In this document: piece after piece, positions 18,568 to 26,457 of the stretch
Numbering within the stretch: position 1 is the first letter of the stretch
Layout: each line of letters opens with the position of its first letter
Assembly: GCA_031422675.1 (NCBI GenBank)
Contig: JANPMG010000002.1
Location: forward strand, 4,379 to 68,378
Source of the DNA: Acidimicrobiia bacterium
GTDB lineage: Bacteria > Actinomycetota > Acidimicrobiia > IMCC26256 > JAENVU01
Direction: 5' to 3'
DNA: 64,000 nucleotides
Translations under genes and position numbers: made by a program
The notes under the pieces: generated by a model
The model's database searches: none
What the model was told of the DNA's origin: nothing
What the model saw: only the letters and a program-made list of their open reading frames with translations

Positions 18568-20328
18568 TCAGCGGAACTTCGGGTCGTCGAGTCCGAAGAC
18601 CTGCCACGTGGTCACCAGGTTGGCGGTCGCGTTTGGCCTTGTGCTCTCGGACGCGATGCACCACGTCTCGCCGGCCGGGATCGTCGCGCTCGTGACGAGC
18701 CCGCCGCCGTCGAACTGAGGATCGACGCACCACTGCACCGGCTGGAACACGTTGCCGCCGCTCGGGTCATAGGTGAGCAACAGGGTGAAGGTGCCGGGTC
18801 CGCCGGCGATCGGTGCCGGGTCGGGTTCGAGGGTCACGAAGCCGCGGTAGGTGACCGACGCAGCGCCGGCGGGCTGGAACAACACCGTCCCGTCGGCCGC
18901 GGAGGCGTCGAGGACGTACCGCTTGCAGTTGAAGGCATCATCGAGCCGAGTGAAGGACCCGCTGATCCCGCCGTCGGTGTCGGTCACCGTGTCGTTGCTA
19001 CAGATCACGGGGAACACGGTGAGGGTCACCGTTGCGACGTTGGACTTGGCGGTCCCGTCGGACGCTTGGTAGGTGAAAGAAGCGGGCCCGGTGTAGCCGG
19101 GCGCGGGGGAGCTCGGCGGCGTGAAGGTCACGGTGCCGTTCGGGTTGGCGACCACGGTCGATCCCGCGGGGCTCACGTTGGCGAAATCGCCGGGCACGAG
19201 CGTGTCACCGTCGAGGTCGCTGTCGTTGCCGAGCACCGGGATCGAGACGCTGCTGTTCTGGTTCACCTCGGCGCTGTCATTCCCGGCGCTCGGAGCATCG
19301 TTGCCCGGGGTGACGGTGACGGCGACGTTCGCGTTGGTGCTCGCGGTGCCGTCGGACGCGGCGTAGGTGAACGAGTCCAGCCCGTTGTAGTTGGTGAACG
19401 GGGTGTAGGTGAAGTCGCCGGTGGACGTGAACGACAGGGAACCGTTGGTGGGTCCGACGATCAGCGCTGCACTGAGGGGGTTGCCGTCCGGATCAGAGTC
19501 GTTGCCAAGGACGTTGCCCGATACCGCGGTGTCTTCGGGGGTTGTGACGGTGTCGGCGGTCGGGGTGGGCGCGGCATTCGACAAGTAGAAGAGCGAGTCG
19601 AAGTTCGTGTTGTTCCCGAAGTCGTTGCTGCCCTCGAGGGCGACGGTTCCCCCCGAAACGGTGGTGAGGGTCACGGTGTCGAAGTTGAATCCGGGTTGAA
19701 CCGTCCACTGGCAGTTGTCGTTCTGACCGCTGTTCGGTCCCGAGCTGTTGGGCGCTGCGCACGCGTCGGTGGTATCACCGGGACTCGAACTGGCGAAGTA
19801 CGGCGCCGAGGTGTCGTAGCCCGCTTCGCTCGATTCGGCGGAGCTGATACTCGTGCCGGTCTGGAGTTGGTAGACGGCGCTCGTTGTGCTGTTCGACAGG
19901 GTCAGTTTCGCGATGGCGTTGCCCGTCAGCTCGAGGTCGAGGCGGACACCGCTGAAGCTGCGAGTGGCGATCCCGGTTCCCGGCTTCAGGCGCAGGCTCT
20001 CGGTGCCGTCGACCTGGGCACACGGGGTGCCGTTGCCGCTGCTGGACGATCCCTTGACTCCCAACGAGTCGGGTCCGAGACCGGGCGCCGACTGGCTCCC
20101 GGTCGAGGTGAGCCGCATCACCGGTTCGGCCGAGTTGACCTTGCAGGAGTTGGAAGCAGTGGTGAGGTTCTGGGTGGTGCTGCCGTACTGGAAGAAGCGC
20201 CCGTCGCTGCCGAGGTGGAGCCGCACCACACTGGGGGCGGCGCTTCCCGCGGTGGCCACTGCGACGCCGGCCGCGCCAGCGACCACCACCATCGTGATCG
20301 CGAGTCGAAGACTGCGGTTTCGAAACAT
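18568..20328 (-). CDS. Secreted protein with cadherin-like / VCBS-type Ig repeats
   Basis: Signal peptide MFRNRSLRLAITMVVVAGAAGVAVATAGSA. There are two repeats of the type TPEDTAVSGNVLGNDSDPDGNPL...FTYTP..GLDSFTYAASDG and VNQNSSVSIPVLGNDSDLDGDTL...FTYQASDG. Confidence 0.85.
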   Translation of the reverse strand: MFRNRSLRLAITMVVVAGAAGVAVATAGSAAPSVVRLHLGSDGRFFQYGSTTQNLTTASNSCKVNSAEPVMRLTSTGSQSAPGLGPDSLGVKGSSSSGNGTPCAQVDGTESLRLKPGTGIATRSFSGVRLDLELTGNAIAKLTLSNSTTSAVYQLQTGTSISSAESSEAGYDTSAPYFASSSPGDTTDACAAPNSSGPNSGQNDNCQWTVQPGFNFDTVTLTTVSGGTVALEGSNDFGNNTNFDSLFYLSNAAPTPTADTVTTPEDTAVSGNVLGNDSDPDGNPLSAALIVGPTNGSLSFTSTGDFTYTPFTNYNGLDSFTYAASDGTASTNANVAVTVTPGNDAPSAGNDSAEVNQNSSVSIPVLGNDSDLDGDTLVPGDFANVSPAGSTVVANPNGTVTFTPPSSPAPGYTGPASFTYQASDGTAKSNVATVTLTVFPVICSNDTVTDTDGGISGSFTRLDDAFNCKRYVLDASAADGTVLFQPAGAASVTYRGFVTLEPDPAPIAGGPGTFTLLLTYDPSGGNVFQPVQWCVDPQFDGGGLVTSATIPAGETWCIASESTRPNATANLVTTWQVFGLDDPKFR

Positions 20329-20406
20329 GTTCTGCCTCCCATGGCCCGGTCGCGAGCGGAACCTAGGGCCTGGGAGCAGAATCGGTCAAATACGACCAGA
20401 CGCGAC

Positions 20407-20433
20407 GAAGCCGCCGGGAGAACCGGCGGCTTC
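20407..20433 (-). terminator. Hairpin terminator downstream of cspA
   Basis: gaagccgccgg-gagaa-ccggcggcttc, an 11-bp perfect stem 19 nt after the csp stop. Confidence 0.6.
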
Positions 20434-20451
20434 GACGAGAGTTACGGGGTT

Positions 20452-20652
20452 TCAGATGACGCGGACGTTCTGCGCTTCCTCACCCTTGCGACCGGGAGCA
20501 GTGTCGAACTCGACGCGCTGGCCATCTTCGAGGGTCTTGTACCCATCGGCCTGGATCGCCGAGAAGTGAACGAACACATCCTCACCCGAGTCACGCGAGA
20601 TGAAGCCAAAACCCTTTTCGGCGTTGAAGAACTTTACGGTGCCTTGCTGCAC
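20452..20652 (-). CDS. cspA: Cold-shock protein (CspA family)
   Basis: GTG start. The sequence is [66 protein letters not shown], with RNP1/RNP2 motifs. Confidence 0.95.
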   Translation of the reverse strand: MQQGTVKFFNAEKGFGFISRDSGEDVFVHFSAIQADGYKTLEDGQRVEFDTAPGRKGEEAQNVRVI

Positions 20653-20774
20653 AGATTTCTCGTTTCTTTGTTCGCGATCGACCAAGGGATTTTGATCGAC
20701 TCGCGACGAACACCCTAGGGCGTGAACGAGCCCCGGCCGGCATGGGAGGCGAAAAAGGTTGGCACCGAGTGCGA

Positions 20775-21566
20775 TCAGGCGTTGATCTCGCCGCCGCGCC
20801 CGTGTTTCCAGTAACCGCGGATCGTGCAGTTCGAACGAGGAATCCCGACCTCGTCGAAACAGAACCGACGGATCCGCTGCATCGCCGAGGCTTCGCCGGC
20901 CGCCCAGACCCGACTCTGGACGGCGGGTGGGGCGGACCGCAGCGCGCGCACGAGCATCTCGCCGGGGGACGCGTCGGCGGGGAGATCGAGCCAGGTGGCG
21001 ACGGCGGTCGAGCGCGTCGTGATCGTCATCCGCGCGTCGGGGTGCGCAATCTCGATGAAAATCGATGCGTGAGCGTGCGCCGGCAGTGCGGGTATGACTT
21101 GCATGATCGCGGGGATGGCGGACTCGTCCCCGGCGATCACGAAACTCGTTGCCGTGTGGTCCGCCGTGTAACCGCGTCCCGGTCCCGAGATCGCGCCCGG
21201 CGCGCCCGGCCGCACGGTGGCCGCCCACTCCGACGCGATGCCGTGGCCGTGGATCACGACGTCGAGATCCAGTTCGAGCCGCTCGGGATCGAACGCACGG
21301 GGGGTGAAGGTCCGGATGACGGGCTTGGTGTCGTCGGGGAGGAGGAACTCGTTTCCGCGCCAGGTGGGAATGACGAGCTCGGACGTGCCGGGTGCCGGTA
21401 GCAACAGCCGCACACTGGCAGCCGGCTCATCGGCCGTGAATCCCGCGAGCGCGGCGCCGCGGAGCGTCACGCGCCGGAGACGGGGCGTGACCGGCTCGAC
21501 CCGTTCCACCTCGACCGCTCGGAACTTCGGTGGTGCGCGGCGGACGCGCAGAACGGCGGGAGTCAC
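20775..21566 (-). CDS. Siderophore-interacting protein family FAD-binding reductase
   Basis: GTG 21566 overlaps the upstream TGA as [25 protein letters not shown]...RTFTPR...GPGRGY...[12 protein letters not shown]...VWAAGEAS...RGYWKHG is typical of the SIP family. Confidence 0.85.
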   Translation of the reverse strand: MTPAVLRVRRAPPKFRAVEVERVEPVTPRLRRVTLRGAALAGFTADEPAASVRLLLPAPGTSELVIPTWRGNEFLLPDDTKPVIRTFTPRAFDPERLELDLDVVIHGHGIASEWAATVRPGAPGAISGPGRGYTADHTATSFVIAGDESAIPAIMQVIPALPAHAHASIFIEIAHPDARMTITTRSTAVATWLDLPADASPGEMLVRALRSAPPAVQSRVWAAGEASAMQRIRRFCFDEVGIPRSNCTIRGYWKHGRGGEINA

Positions 21567-22141
21567 GCGTTCGGGTTTGCCTCGGCGAGCGCCTCGAACT
21601 GGGCTCGGACCGTGGCGGCGTCGGGTCGGTAGAACAGCCGGGTGGTGCCGTCGGGTCTGATGAACACCCATGCGGGTTGGCCGCGCACGCCGAACTTCTT
21701 CCAGACCGTGAGATCGAAGTCCGCGCCGTTGGGGAAGTCCAGCGCGTACTTCTTCACGTAGTCGAGCATCGGTCCCTGATCATCACGACCGGCGATGCCG
21801 ACGACTGCGAGCCGATCTCGGTACTGGCGCGCCAACTGCGCGACACCGGGTGCCTCCCGGTTACAGACCGTTCACCAAGGTGCCCAGAACCACAGGGCCA
21901 GGGACTTGCCGGCGTAATCGGCGCCGCGGACCGACGGCCCGGTGACGCCGGGGAGGGTGAAGTCGAGCGCCGCCGGGACCGCCGGTGCCTCGGGAGCCGA
22001 GGTGGGTGCCGAGGTGGGGCCGGAAGCGGGTGCGGAGGACGAGGTCGACGTCCGGGCCGGCTCGCTCTGATCGGTGCCGGCGCTCGACCCGCATGCGGCC
22101 ACCACGAGCGAGGCGGCGACGAGGGTCACGAGACTGCGCAT
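21563..22141 (-). CDS. TlpA/DsbE(Mpt53)-like thioredoxin-fold lipoprotein with an in-frame TGA at the first redox Cys (candidate selenoprotein, or nonsense-mutated pseudogene)
   Basis: ORFs 21872..22468 and 21563..21835 are in the same frame and are separated only by TGA 21874-21872. The joined sequence is MRSLVTLVAASLVVAACGSS (lipobox)...GKSLALWFWAPW[TGA]TVCNREAPGVAQLARQYRDRLAVVGIAGRDD...GVRGQPAWVFIRPDG. This parallels the VLWFWTPWCPFCNAEAP region of Mpt53/DsbE-type proteins. Confidence 0.6.
21845..21861 (-). other. Candidate bacterial SECIS-like hairpin downstream of the in-frame UGA
   Basis: On the minus strand: UGA, acggucugua (10 nt), then ACCGGG-aggca-CCCGGU, a 6-bp stem with a G-containing 5-nt loop starting 16 nt after the UGA. 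Confidence 0.3.
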
Positions 22142-22353
22142 GACGCGAAGTGTAGAGACGATCACCGCGAGCGGGCGCGGTATCGCGCGTACGACGACGC
22201 GGCTGAGGCCAGGTTGTTGTTCATCACCGGCATCGTGCTGATGCTCCTCTGTGTACTTGCGTGTACGGCACCGGTCATCGGAGGACTGTTGGCCGGGTCC
22301 TTCCTGGATCAAGTGGTGTGACCTCTTCGTGTTCGCGGATCCGTCTCGACGGC

Positions 22354-22390
22354 TGGGATGGACGTCACGCCGAGCGTGACGCGAATCCCA
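22354..22390 (+). repeat. 37-nt hairpin-forming direct repeat, copy 1
   Basis: tgggatggacgtcacgccgagcgtgacgcgaatccca, with nested inverted repeats tgggat/atccca and gtcacg/cgtgac. Confidence 0.85.
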
Positions 22391-22514
22391 CACGCGGTTC
22401 GGAAGGGGGGACATTGCCGCGCGCCTGGGGGTAGCTGAAGCCAGTCCTCTGCGCAAAAGGCTCGCCACGGCTGCAGCCTCGTCCGTGCTGGCGTGTCGAT
22501 GCTCGTATTCCGAG

Positions 22515-22553
22515 ATTCCTGTTGGCTAGGACACGTGTATAGCTAACAGGAAT
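22515..22553. promoter_or_regulatory. AT-richer, roughly 39-bp near-perfect palindrome (possible operator or RNA hairpin)
   Basis: attcctgttggctagg-acacgtgt-atagctaacaggaat. The arms match except for one mismatch and one indel, and the core ACACGTGT is itself palindromic. Confidence 0.4.
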
Positions 22554-22572
22554 TCCCGAAAACGGGTGCGCC

Positions 22573-22602
22573 GTTGTGACGCGACCGCGGACGCGTCACA
22601 AC
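22573..22602. promoter_or_regulatory. Perfect 11-bp inverted repeat (hairpin or operator)
   Basis: gttgtgacgcg-accgcgga-cgcgtcacaac. It shares the GTGAC/GTCAC half-site with the 37-nt repeats. Confidence 0.4.
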
Positions 22603-22705
22603 GATCCGCACTCGCCGGCTCGACGTCCGGGGAAGCAGTCCGGGCCCACCGATTCTCGGGTGTGGGTACCGCGGCCCGGGTGTTCGGTGGACCGGTCTCG
22701 GCGAT

Positions 22706-22742
22706 TGGGATGGACGTCACGCCGAGCGTGACACGGATCCCA
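22706..22742 (+). repeat. 37-nt hairpin-forming direct repeat, copy 2
   Basis: tgggatggacgtcacgccgagcgtgacacggatccca. It matches copy 1 at 35 of 37 positions and starts 352 bp downstream of it. Confidence 0.85.
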
Positions 22743-22886
22743 CTCACTCCGTGATGCATCGCAGTGCGCCCGCGAAGCGCGCTCCGAGGTCCACGCGGCG
22801 ATCTGAACACGCTCGAGAACCTCAAGCGCGTGCTCGAAGCCACACCACGGCAGGGCTGACGACCGGCTTCGAGGCGCCGAGGTCCG

Positions 22887-23279
22887 TCAACGCTCGACAC
22901 CAGTTGCGGTCCGCAGCATCGTCACGATCCTGGCGAGATCGAGACGCGTCGCCGCCACGCGCATGACGAGTTCGTAGACGTCGTCGTTCCGGATCGCGGT
23001 GGCTCGAACGCCGTTGAGTTCGAGGAACACTGCGGTGGCCAACCATCCCAGTCGCTTGTTGCCGTCGACGAGGGCGTGATTGTTGACGATCGAGTCGAGC
23101 AGCGCGGCGGCCTTCGTCCAGAGGTCGGGATAGGCGTCGGTGCCGAACGCGGTGGCCTGCGGTCGGGCGGTCGCCGAGCCGAGCAGACCGAGGTCGCGAA
23201 TCGGAGGTGGATCGCCGAGCAGGAGCCCGGCCAACTCGACGACGTCGTCGAGTTCGAGGTACTCGATCGGGCGGGTCAC
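22887..23279 (-). CDS. doc: Doc (death-on-curing) / Fic-family toxin
   Basis: Fic/Doc motif HALVDGNKRLGW, in a 130-aa protein immediately after a small RHH-like gene with a 4-nt overlap. Confidence 0.88.
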   Translation of the reverse strand: MTRPIEYLELDDVVELAGLLLGDPPPIRDLGLLGSATARPQATAFGTDAYPDLWTKAAALLDSIVNNHALVDGNKRLGWLATAVFLELNGVRATAIRNDDVYELVMRVAATRLDLARIVTMLRTATGVER

Positions 23280-23479
23280 TGCCCCAGTCGGTCGAGCGCA
23301 TCGGCGTGCGCACGCGTGACGCGACGGGCGGCGGCGGACACGCGGTCGCGGTGCCGGCCAGCGGCGACGTACGCGCGCACCGCTTGGCGAGCCGCGTCCT
23401 GGAGCGAGATGCCTTCGGCGTCGGCGCGCTCGCGCAGGGCGGATTGCTCGTCGTCGGTCAAGCGCAACGTCATCGCCAT
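23276..23479 (-). CDS. Ribbon-helix-helix (CopG/Phd-like) antitoxin
   Basis: 67 aa, MAMTLRLTDDEQSALRERADAEGISLQDAARQAVRAYV. It has the beta-strand plus two helices of an RHH fold and overlaps doc. Confidence 0.75.
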   Translation of the reverse strand: MAMTLRLTDDEQSALRERADAEGISLQDAARQAVRAYVAAGRHRDRVSAAARRVTRAHADALDRLGQ

Positions 23480-23488
23480 CCGGCTATC

Positions 23489-23515
23489 GTATCAGTCTGG
23501 TATCAGTCTGATACC
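23489..23515. promoter_or_regulatory. Probable toxin-antitoxin operator: direct repeat plus palindrome just upstream of the antitoxin start
   Basis: The direct repeat gtatcagtct occurs twice (23489-23498 and 23500-23509). The palindrome ggtatcag-t-ctgatacc (23499-23515) is perfect, with 8-bp arms. The site lies 10-36 bp upstream of ATG 23479 and overlaps the stop codon of the PuuD-like gene. Confidence 0.5.
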
Positions 23516-24315
23516 AACTGCTCGAACAGCGCGAGGTGATCGGGGCGGTGGCGGAGGAACTCGGGATGCCACTGGATTCCGAGGACGTTGGCGGCGCCGT
23601 CGATCTCGATCGCCTCTACGTGCCCGTGCTCGTTCGTGGCGACCGCGCGCACCCCGGCGCCGAGCGCGTCGATGACCTGGTGGTGGAGCGTGTTCACGCC
23701 GAGCGTCCCGGTGCCGACGATCCGAGCGAGGCGCGAGGCCGGGTCGATCGTGACGGTGTGCGCGTCGAGGTTGTACTGGTCCAGGCGCATGTGATCCTCC
23801 ACGTGCTGGTGCAGCGTGCCGCCGAGCGCGACGTTCATGACCTGGATGCCGCGACATACCGCCAGCGTCGGCGTGTTGCGGCGGACGACGGCGCGCGCGA
23901 CCGCAATGTCGGCCGCATCCCGTACCGGATCGATCGGTCCGAGCTGGGGATGCGGATCCTGGCCGTATCCCGCCGGGTCGAGATCACGGCCGCCGGTGAT
24001 CACCACCGCGTCGACCGCGTCCAGGAGCGCGTCGACTTCGTTCGGATCAACGACGGGCACGATCATCGGCACTCCGCCCGCGCGCTGTACCGCCTTGACG
24101 TACGCCGTCGCCGCCATGAAGTGATCCACGGCGACTCCCTCGTCACCGTCCACCGCGTCGAGGTGCGCGACGATCCCCACGACCCTCAGTCCTCTTGGCC
24201 CTGCGGGCGTCACGATGGCGTCGCTCGCTGGCCGGGCAAACTTCGAACCGCTCCCTGCTCCGCTCGCTTCGCTGCCGGACGGGCCACGCTCCGCTGGCTC
24301 ATCGGCTGTGGTCAC
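23503..24315 (-). CDS. Gamma-glutamyl-gamma-aminobutyrate hydrolase family (PuuD-like, peptidase C26, class I amidotransferase)
   Basis: VVITGGRDLDP..YG, LAVCRGIQVMNVALGGTL (nucleophile Cys) and GIQWHPE. The start is uncertain: GTG 24315 gives a low-complexity N-terminal extension. Confidence 0.85.
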   Translation of the reverse strand: MTTADEPAERGPSGSEASGAGSGSKFARPASDAIVTPAGPRGLRVVGIVAHLDAVDGDEGVAVDHFMAATAYVKAVQRAGGVPMIVPVVDPNEVDALLDAVDAVVITGGRDLDPAGYGQDPHPQLGPIDPVRDAADIAVARAVVRRNTPTLAVCRGIQVMNVALGGTLHQHVEDHMRLDQYNLDAHTVTIDPASRLARIVGTGTLGVNTLHHQVIDALGAGVRAVATNEHGHVEAIEIDGAANVLGIQWHPEFLRHRPDHLALFEQLVSD

Positions 24316-24374
24316 CTTCCGGTTTCGCTTCGCTCTTGTTCCCCATCATCGACCCGGTGCCGGTCATGGGGCGC

Positions 24375-25748
24375 TCACGCGAGCTCGAAGTAGCGGTCGA
24401 GTTCCCAGGTGGTCACGGAATCGGCCATCGGGTCGCCGCCGGTGGTGTGGAACATGAGCCACTCCCAGCGGCGGGTGTTGATCCAGTAGCGGACGAACGC
24501 GGGGCCGAGCACCGACGCGAGGCCGGCGTCGGTCTCGAGCGCGTCCGCGGCCGCGGTGATCGAGCCGGGCAGATGGGGCCAGCCCTCGGGCGGAAGGCCC
24601 CACCCGGTGACGGCGATCGGGGGTGGAAGCTCGGCGGCGGCCTCGAGTCCGGCGATCCCGGCGGCCAGGGTGGACGCGAGGACCAGATACGGGTTGGCGT
24701 CACCACCGGCGATCCGGTTCTCGATGCGGGCCGCCTTCGGTTCGATCGAGAGCACGCGCAGCGCGGCCGACTTGTTGTCCTCACCCCATGATGCAACCGT
24801 CGGCGCCGCTGCGAACCCGACCATGCGCCGGTACGAGTTGATGGTGGGACAGAGGAAGGACGTGGTGGCCGCGGCGCTCGCCATCAGACCGCCGAGCCAC
24901 CGGCTCGTGGTGGCGCTCATCGCTCCGTCGGGCGCGTAGAAGACCGGCTCGCCCTCGCAAGTGAGCGAGTGATGAACGTGCAGTCCGTTGCCGTACTCGG
25001 CCGACGGTTTGGCCATGAACGTGACTGCGTGTCCCTGCTCCATGGCGACTTCACGCATCACTTGTTTCGCGCGGACGACGTAGTCGCAGGCGGTCACGGG
25101 ATCCGCGGGGTCGAGATTGATCTCGAACTGGGCCGGTGCGGCTTCGTCGTGCCAGCCCTCGACCGGGATACCGAGCGCCTCCAGGCGGGCGAGGACAACG
25201 TCGAGGTACACCAGCTGTTGGCGGGAGTTGTGCTGGAGGTAGCCGATCGGAACGTCGGTCGACATCGGTATGAGCCCTTGGAAGTGGCGGCGGCGCGCGG
25301 CGGGCAGCGGGTCGGTGAAGAGCATGGCTTCGATCTCGAAGGCGGCCTTGGCCGCGAATCCGTGCTCGGCCAGCTTCGCGAGCACGCGCTTCAGGACGCC
25401 GCGCGGACAGCTCGGGATCGCGTCACCCGCGGCGTCGACGAAATCGCAGATCACGTTCGCGGTCCGTGGACGATCGGGCGCCACGACGAGCGTCGCGAGA
25501 TCGGGCTGCTGGTAGATGTCGCCGAGCGCGTCGGCGCGCCAATCGTCCCACCACGCGAGGTAGGGGGTGCCGCCGAGGTCGTATCCGAGGACGAGTTCGG
25601 TGATCGCATTCCCACGGGGCAGACACTTGGTGAACTTCGGCCGACCGATGTGCTTGCCGATGACGAGGCCGTCGAGCGAGATGCCCTCAGTCTTCACCCA
25701 CCGGATGTCGTGGGCTTCGAGCCATCCGGGTACCGCGCCGCGCTCCAT
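24375..25748 (-). CDS. Glutamine synthetase-family ligase (GlnA3 / PuuA-like gamma-glutamyl-amine synthetase)
   Basis: GWHDEAAPAQFEINL, TFMAKP...GNGLHVHHSL, NSYRRMV and KSAALRV...RIENRIAGGDANPYL. Confidence 0.9.
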   Translation of the reverse strand: MERGAVPGWLEAHDIRWVKTEGISLDGLVIGKHIGRPKFTKCLPRGNAITELVLGYDLGGTPYLAWWDDWRADALGDIYQQPDLATLVVAPDRPRTANVICDFVDAAGDAIPSCPRGVLKRVLAKLAEHGFAAKAAFEIEAMLFTDPLPAARRRHFQGLIPMSTDVPIGYLQHNSRQQLVYLDVVLARLEALGIPVEGWHDEAAPAQFEINLDPADPVTACDYVVRAKQVMREVAMEQGHAVTFMAKPSAEYGNGLHVHHSLTCEGEPVFYAPDGAMSATTSRWLGGLMASAAATTSFLCPTINSYRRMVGFAAAPTVASWGEDNKSAALRVLSIEPKAARIENRIAGGDANPYLVLASTLAAGIAGLEAAAELPPPIAVTGWGLPPEGWPHLPGSITAAADALETDAGLASVLGPAFVRYWINTRRWEWLMFHTTGGDPMADSVTTWELDRYFELA

Positions 25749-25749
25749 G

Positions 25750-26430
25750 TCAGCGGCCCATCATGAACGCGAGTGATCGTCCCGTGAGCTGCGCGGTGTG
25801 GGCGAGCGACCCGACTCCGAAGAGGTGGCCGGCCAGGAGTTCTTTGCCGAACACGGTTCCGCCGGTGAACAACGCGCGGAGGCGATGGGCCGTGCCGTGG
25901 ATCTCGTACTCGGCCGGTGTGGTGCCGAAGCTGCGTTCGGTCCGTTCGTCGAGACAGACGATCCGCAGGCCCGCCGGCGACCCGGGATGGGGGGCGATCG
26001 CGGCCCAGAACCGTGCCGCCTCTTCCGGCCACGCACCGACCGGCGGCTCCAAGACTTTCGCCGCGGTGAGGGCGAGTCGCAGATGGGTCGCAGCTCCGCT
26101 CACTTTGGGTTTCGGGGCATCTTCCTCGCTCATGCGGTTGACGTCGGTGGCGATCGTCACGTGCGTGTCGGGGGCAACACCTCGTTCCACCAGAACGCGT
26201 CCGCGTTGGAACCGGATGGTCGCCGCCTGGGGATCGACGGTCGACGTGAGCGCGACGTTGCCCTTCGCCTTGGCCATCATCGCGGCCAGCCTCGGGGTCT
26301 CCTCGGCCCGCCGGAGCGTGGTGGCCACGATCAGGACGATCGGCGTGGGGTCGGCTTCGGTCTCCACGATCGACGGGCCGGCCGCGGCGGGCACCGGCAC
26401 GATCTCGGAATCCATGCCTGTACCTACCAC
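25750..26430 (-). CDS. Hypothetical protein, possibly a tandem SCP2-like domain
   Basis: The 226-aa ORF has normal composition and sits between coupled neighbours, with its stop 1 nt before the GS-like start. The SCP2-like pattern is weak (ATIRFQRGRVLVERGVAPDTHVTIATDVNRM; EYEIHGTAHRLRALFTGG). An alternative start is ATG 26415. Confidence 0.55.
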   Translation of the reverse strand: MVGTGMDSEIVPVPAAAGPSIVETEADPTPIVLIVATTLRRAEETPRLAAMMAKAKGNVALTSTVDPQAATIRFQRGRVLVERGVAPDTHVTIATDVNRMSEEDAPKPKVSGAATHLRLALTAAKVLEPPVGAWPEEAARFWAAIAPHPGSPAGLRIVCLDERTERSFGTTPAEYEIHGTAHRLRALFTGGTVFGKELLAGHLFGVGSLAHTAQLTGRSLAFMMGR

Positions 26431-26457
26431 GCGCTCGAGCGGGTCGGCACGTGCCCT

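Noticed and set aside
22215-22321. Short hydrophobic ORF tail (LLFITGIVLMLLCVLACTAPVIGGLLAGSFLDQVV) considered as a small membrane protein.
   Set aside because: It is the end of an otherwise Arg-rich junk ORF. Its codons (TGT, GTA, CTT, ACG, GCA) lack the strong GC3 bias of real genes here, and there is no RBS or obvious start.
22354-22742. The two 37-nt partly palindromic direct repeats considered as a mini CRISPR array.
   Set aside because: There are only two copies, the intervening sequence is about 315 bp (far longer than a spacer), and there are no cas genes in the window.
22142-22886. Searched the long non-coding region for a tRNA-Sec (selC) or any other tRNA that would support the selenoprotein call.
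   Set aside because: I could find no T-loop-like GGTTCGAATCC motif and no anticodon stem-loop carrying UCA with complementary flanks on either strand. A manual scan is not exhaustive.
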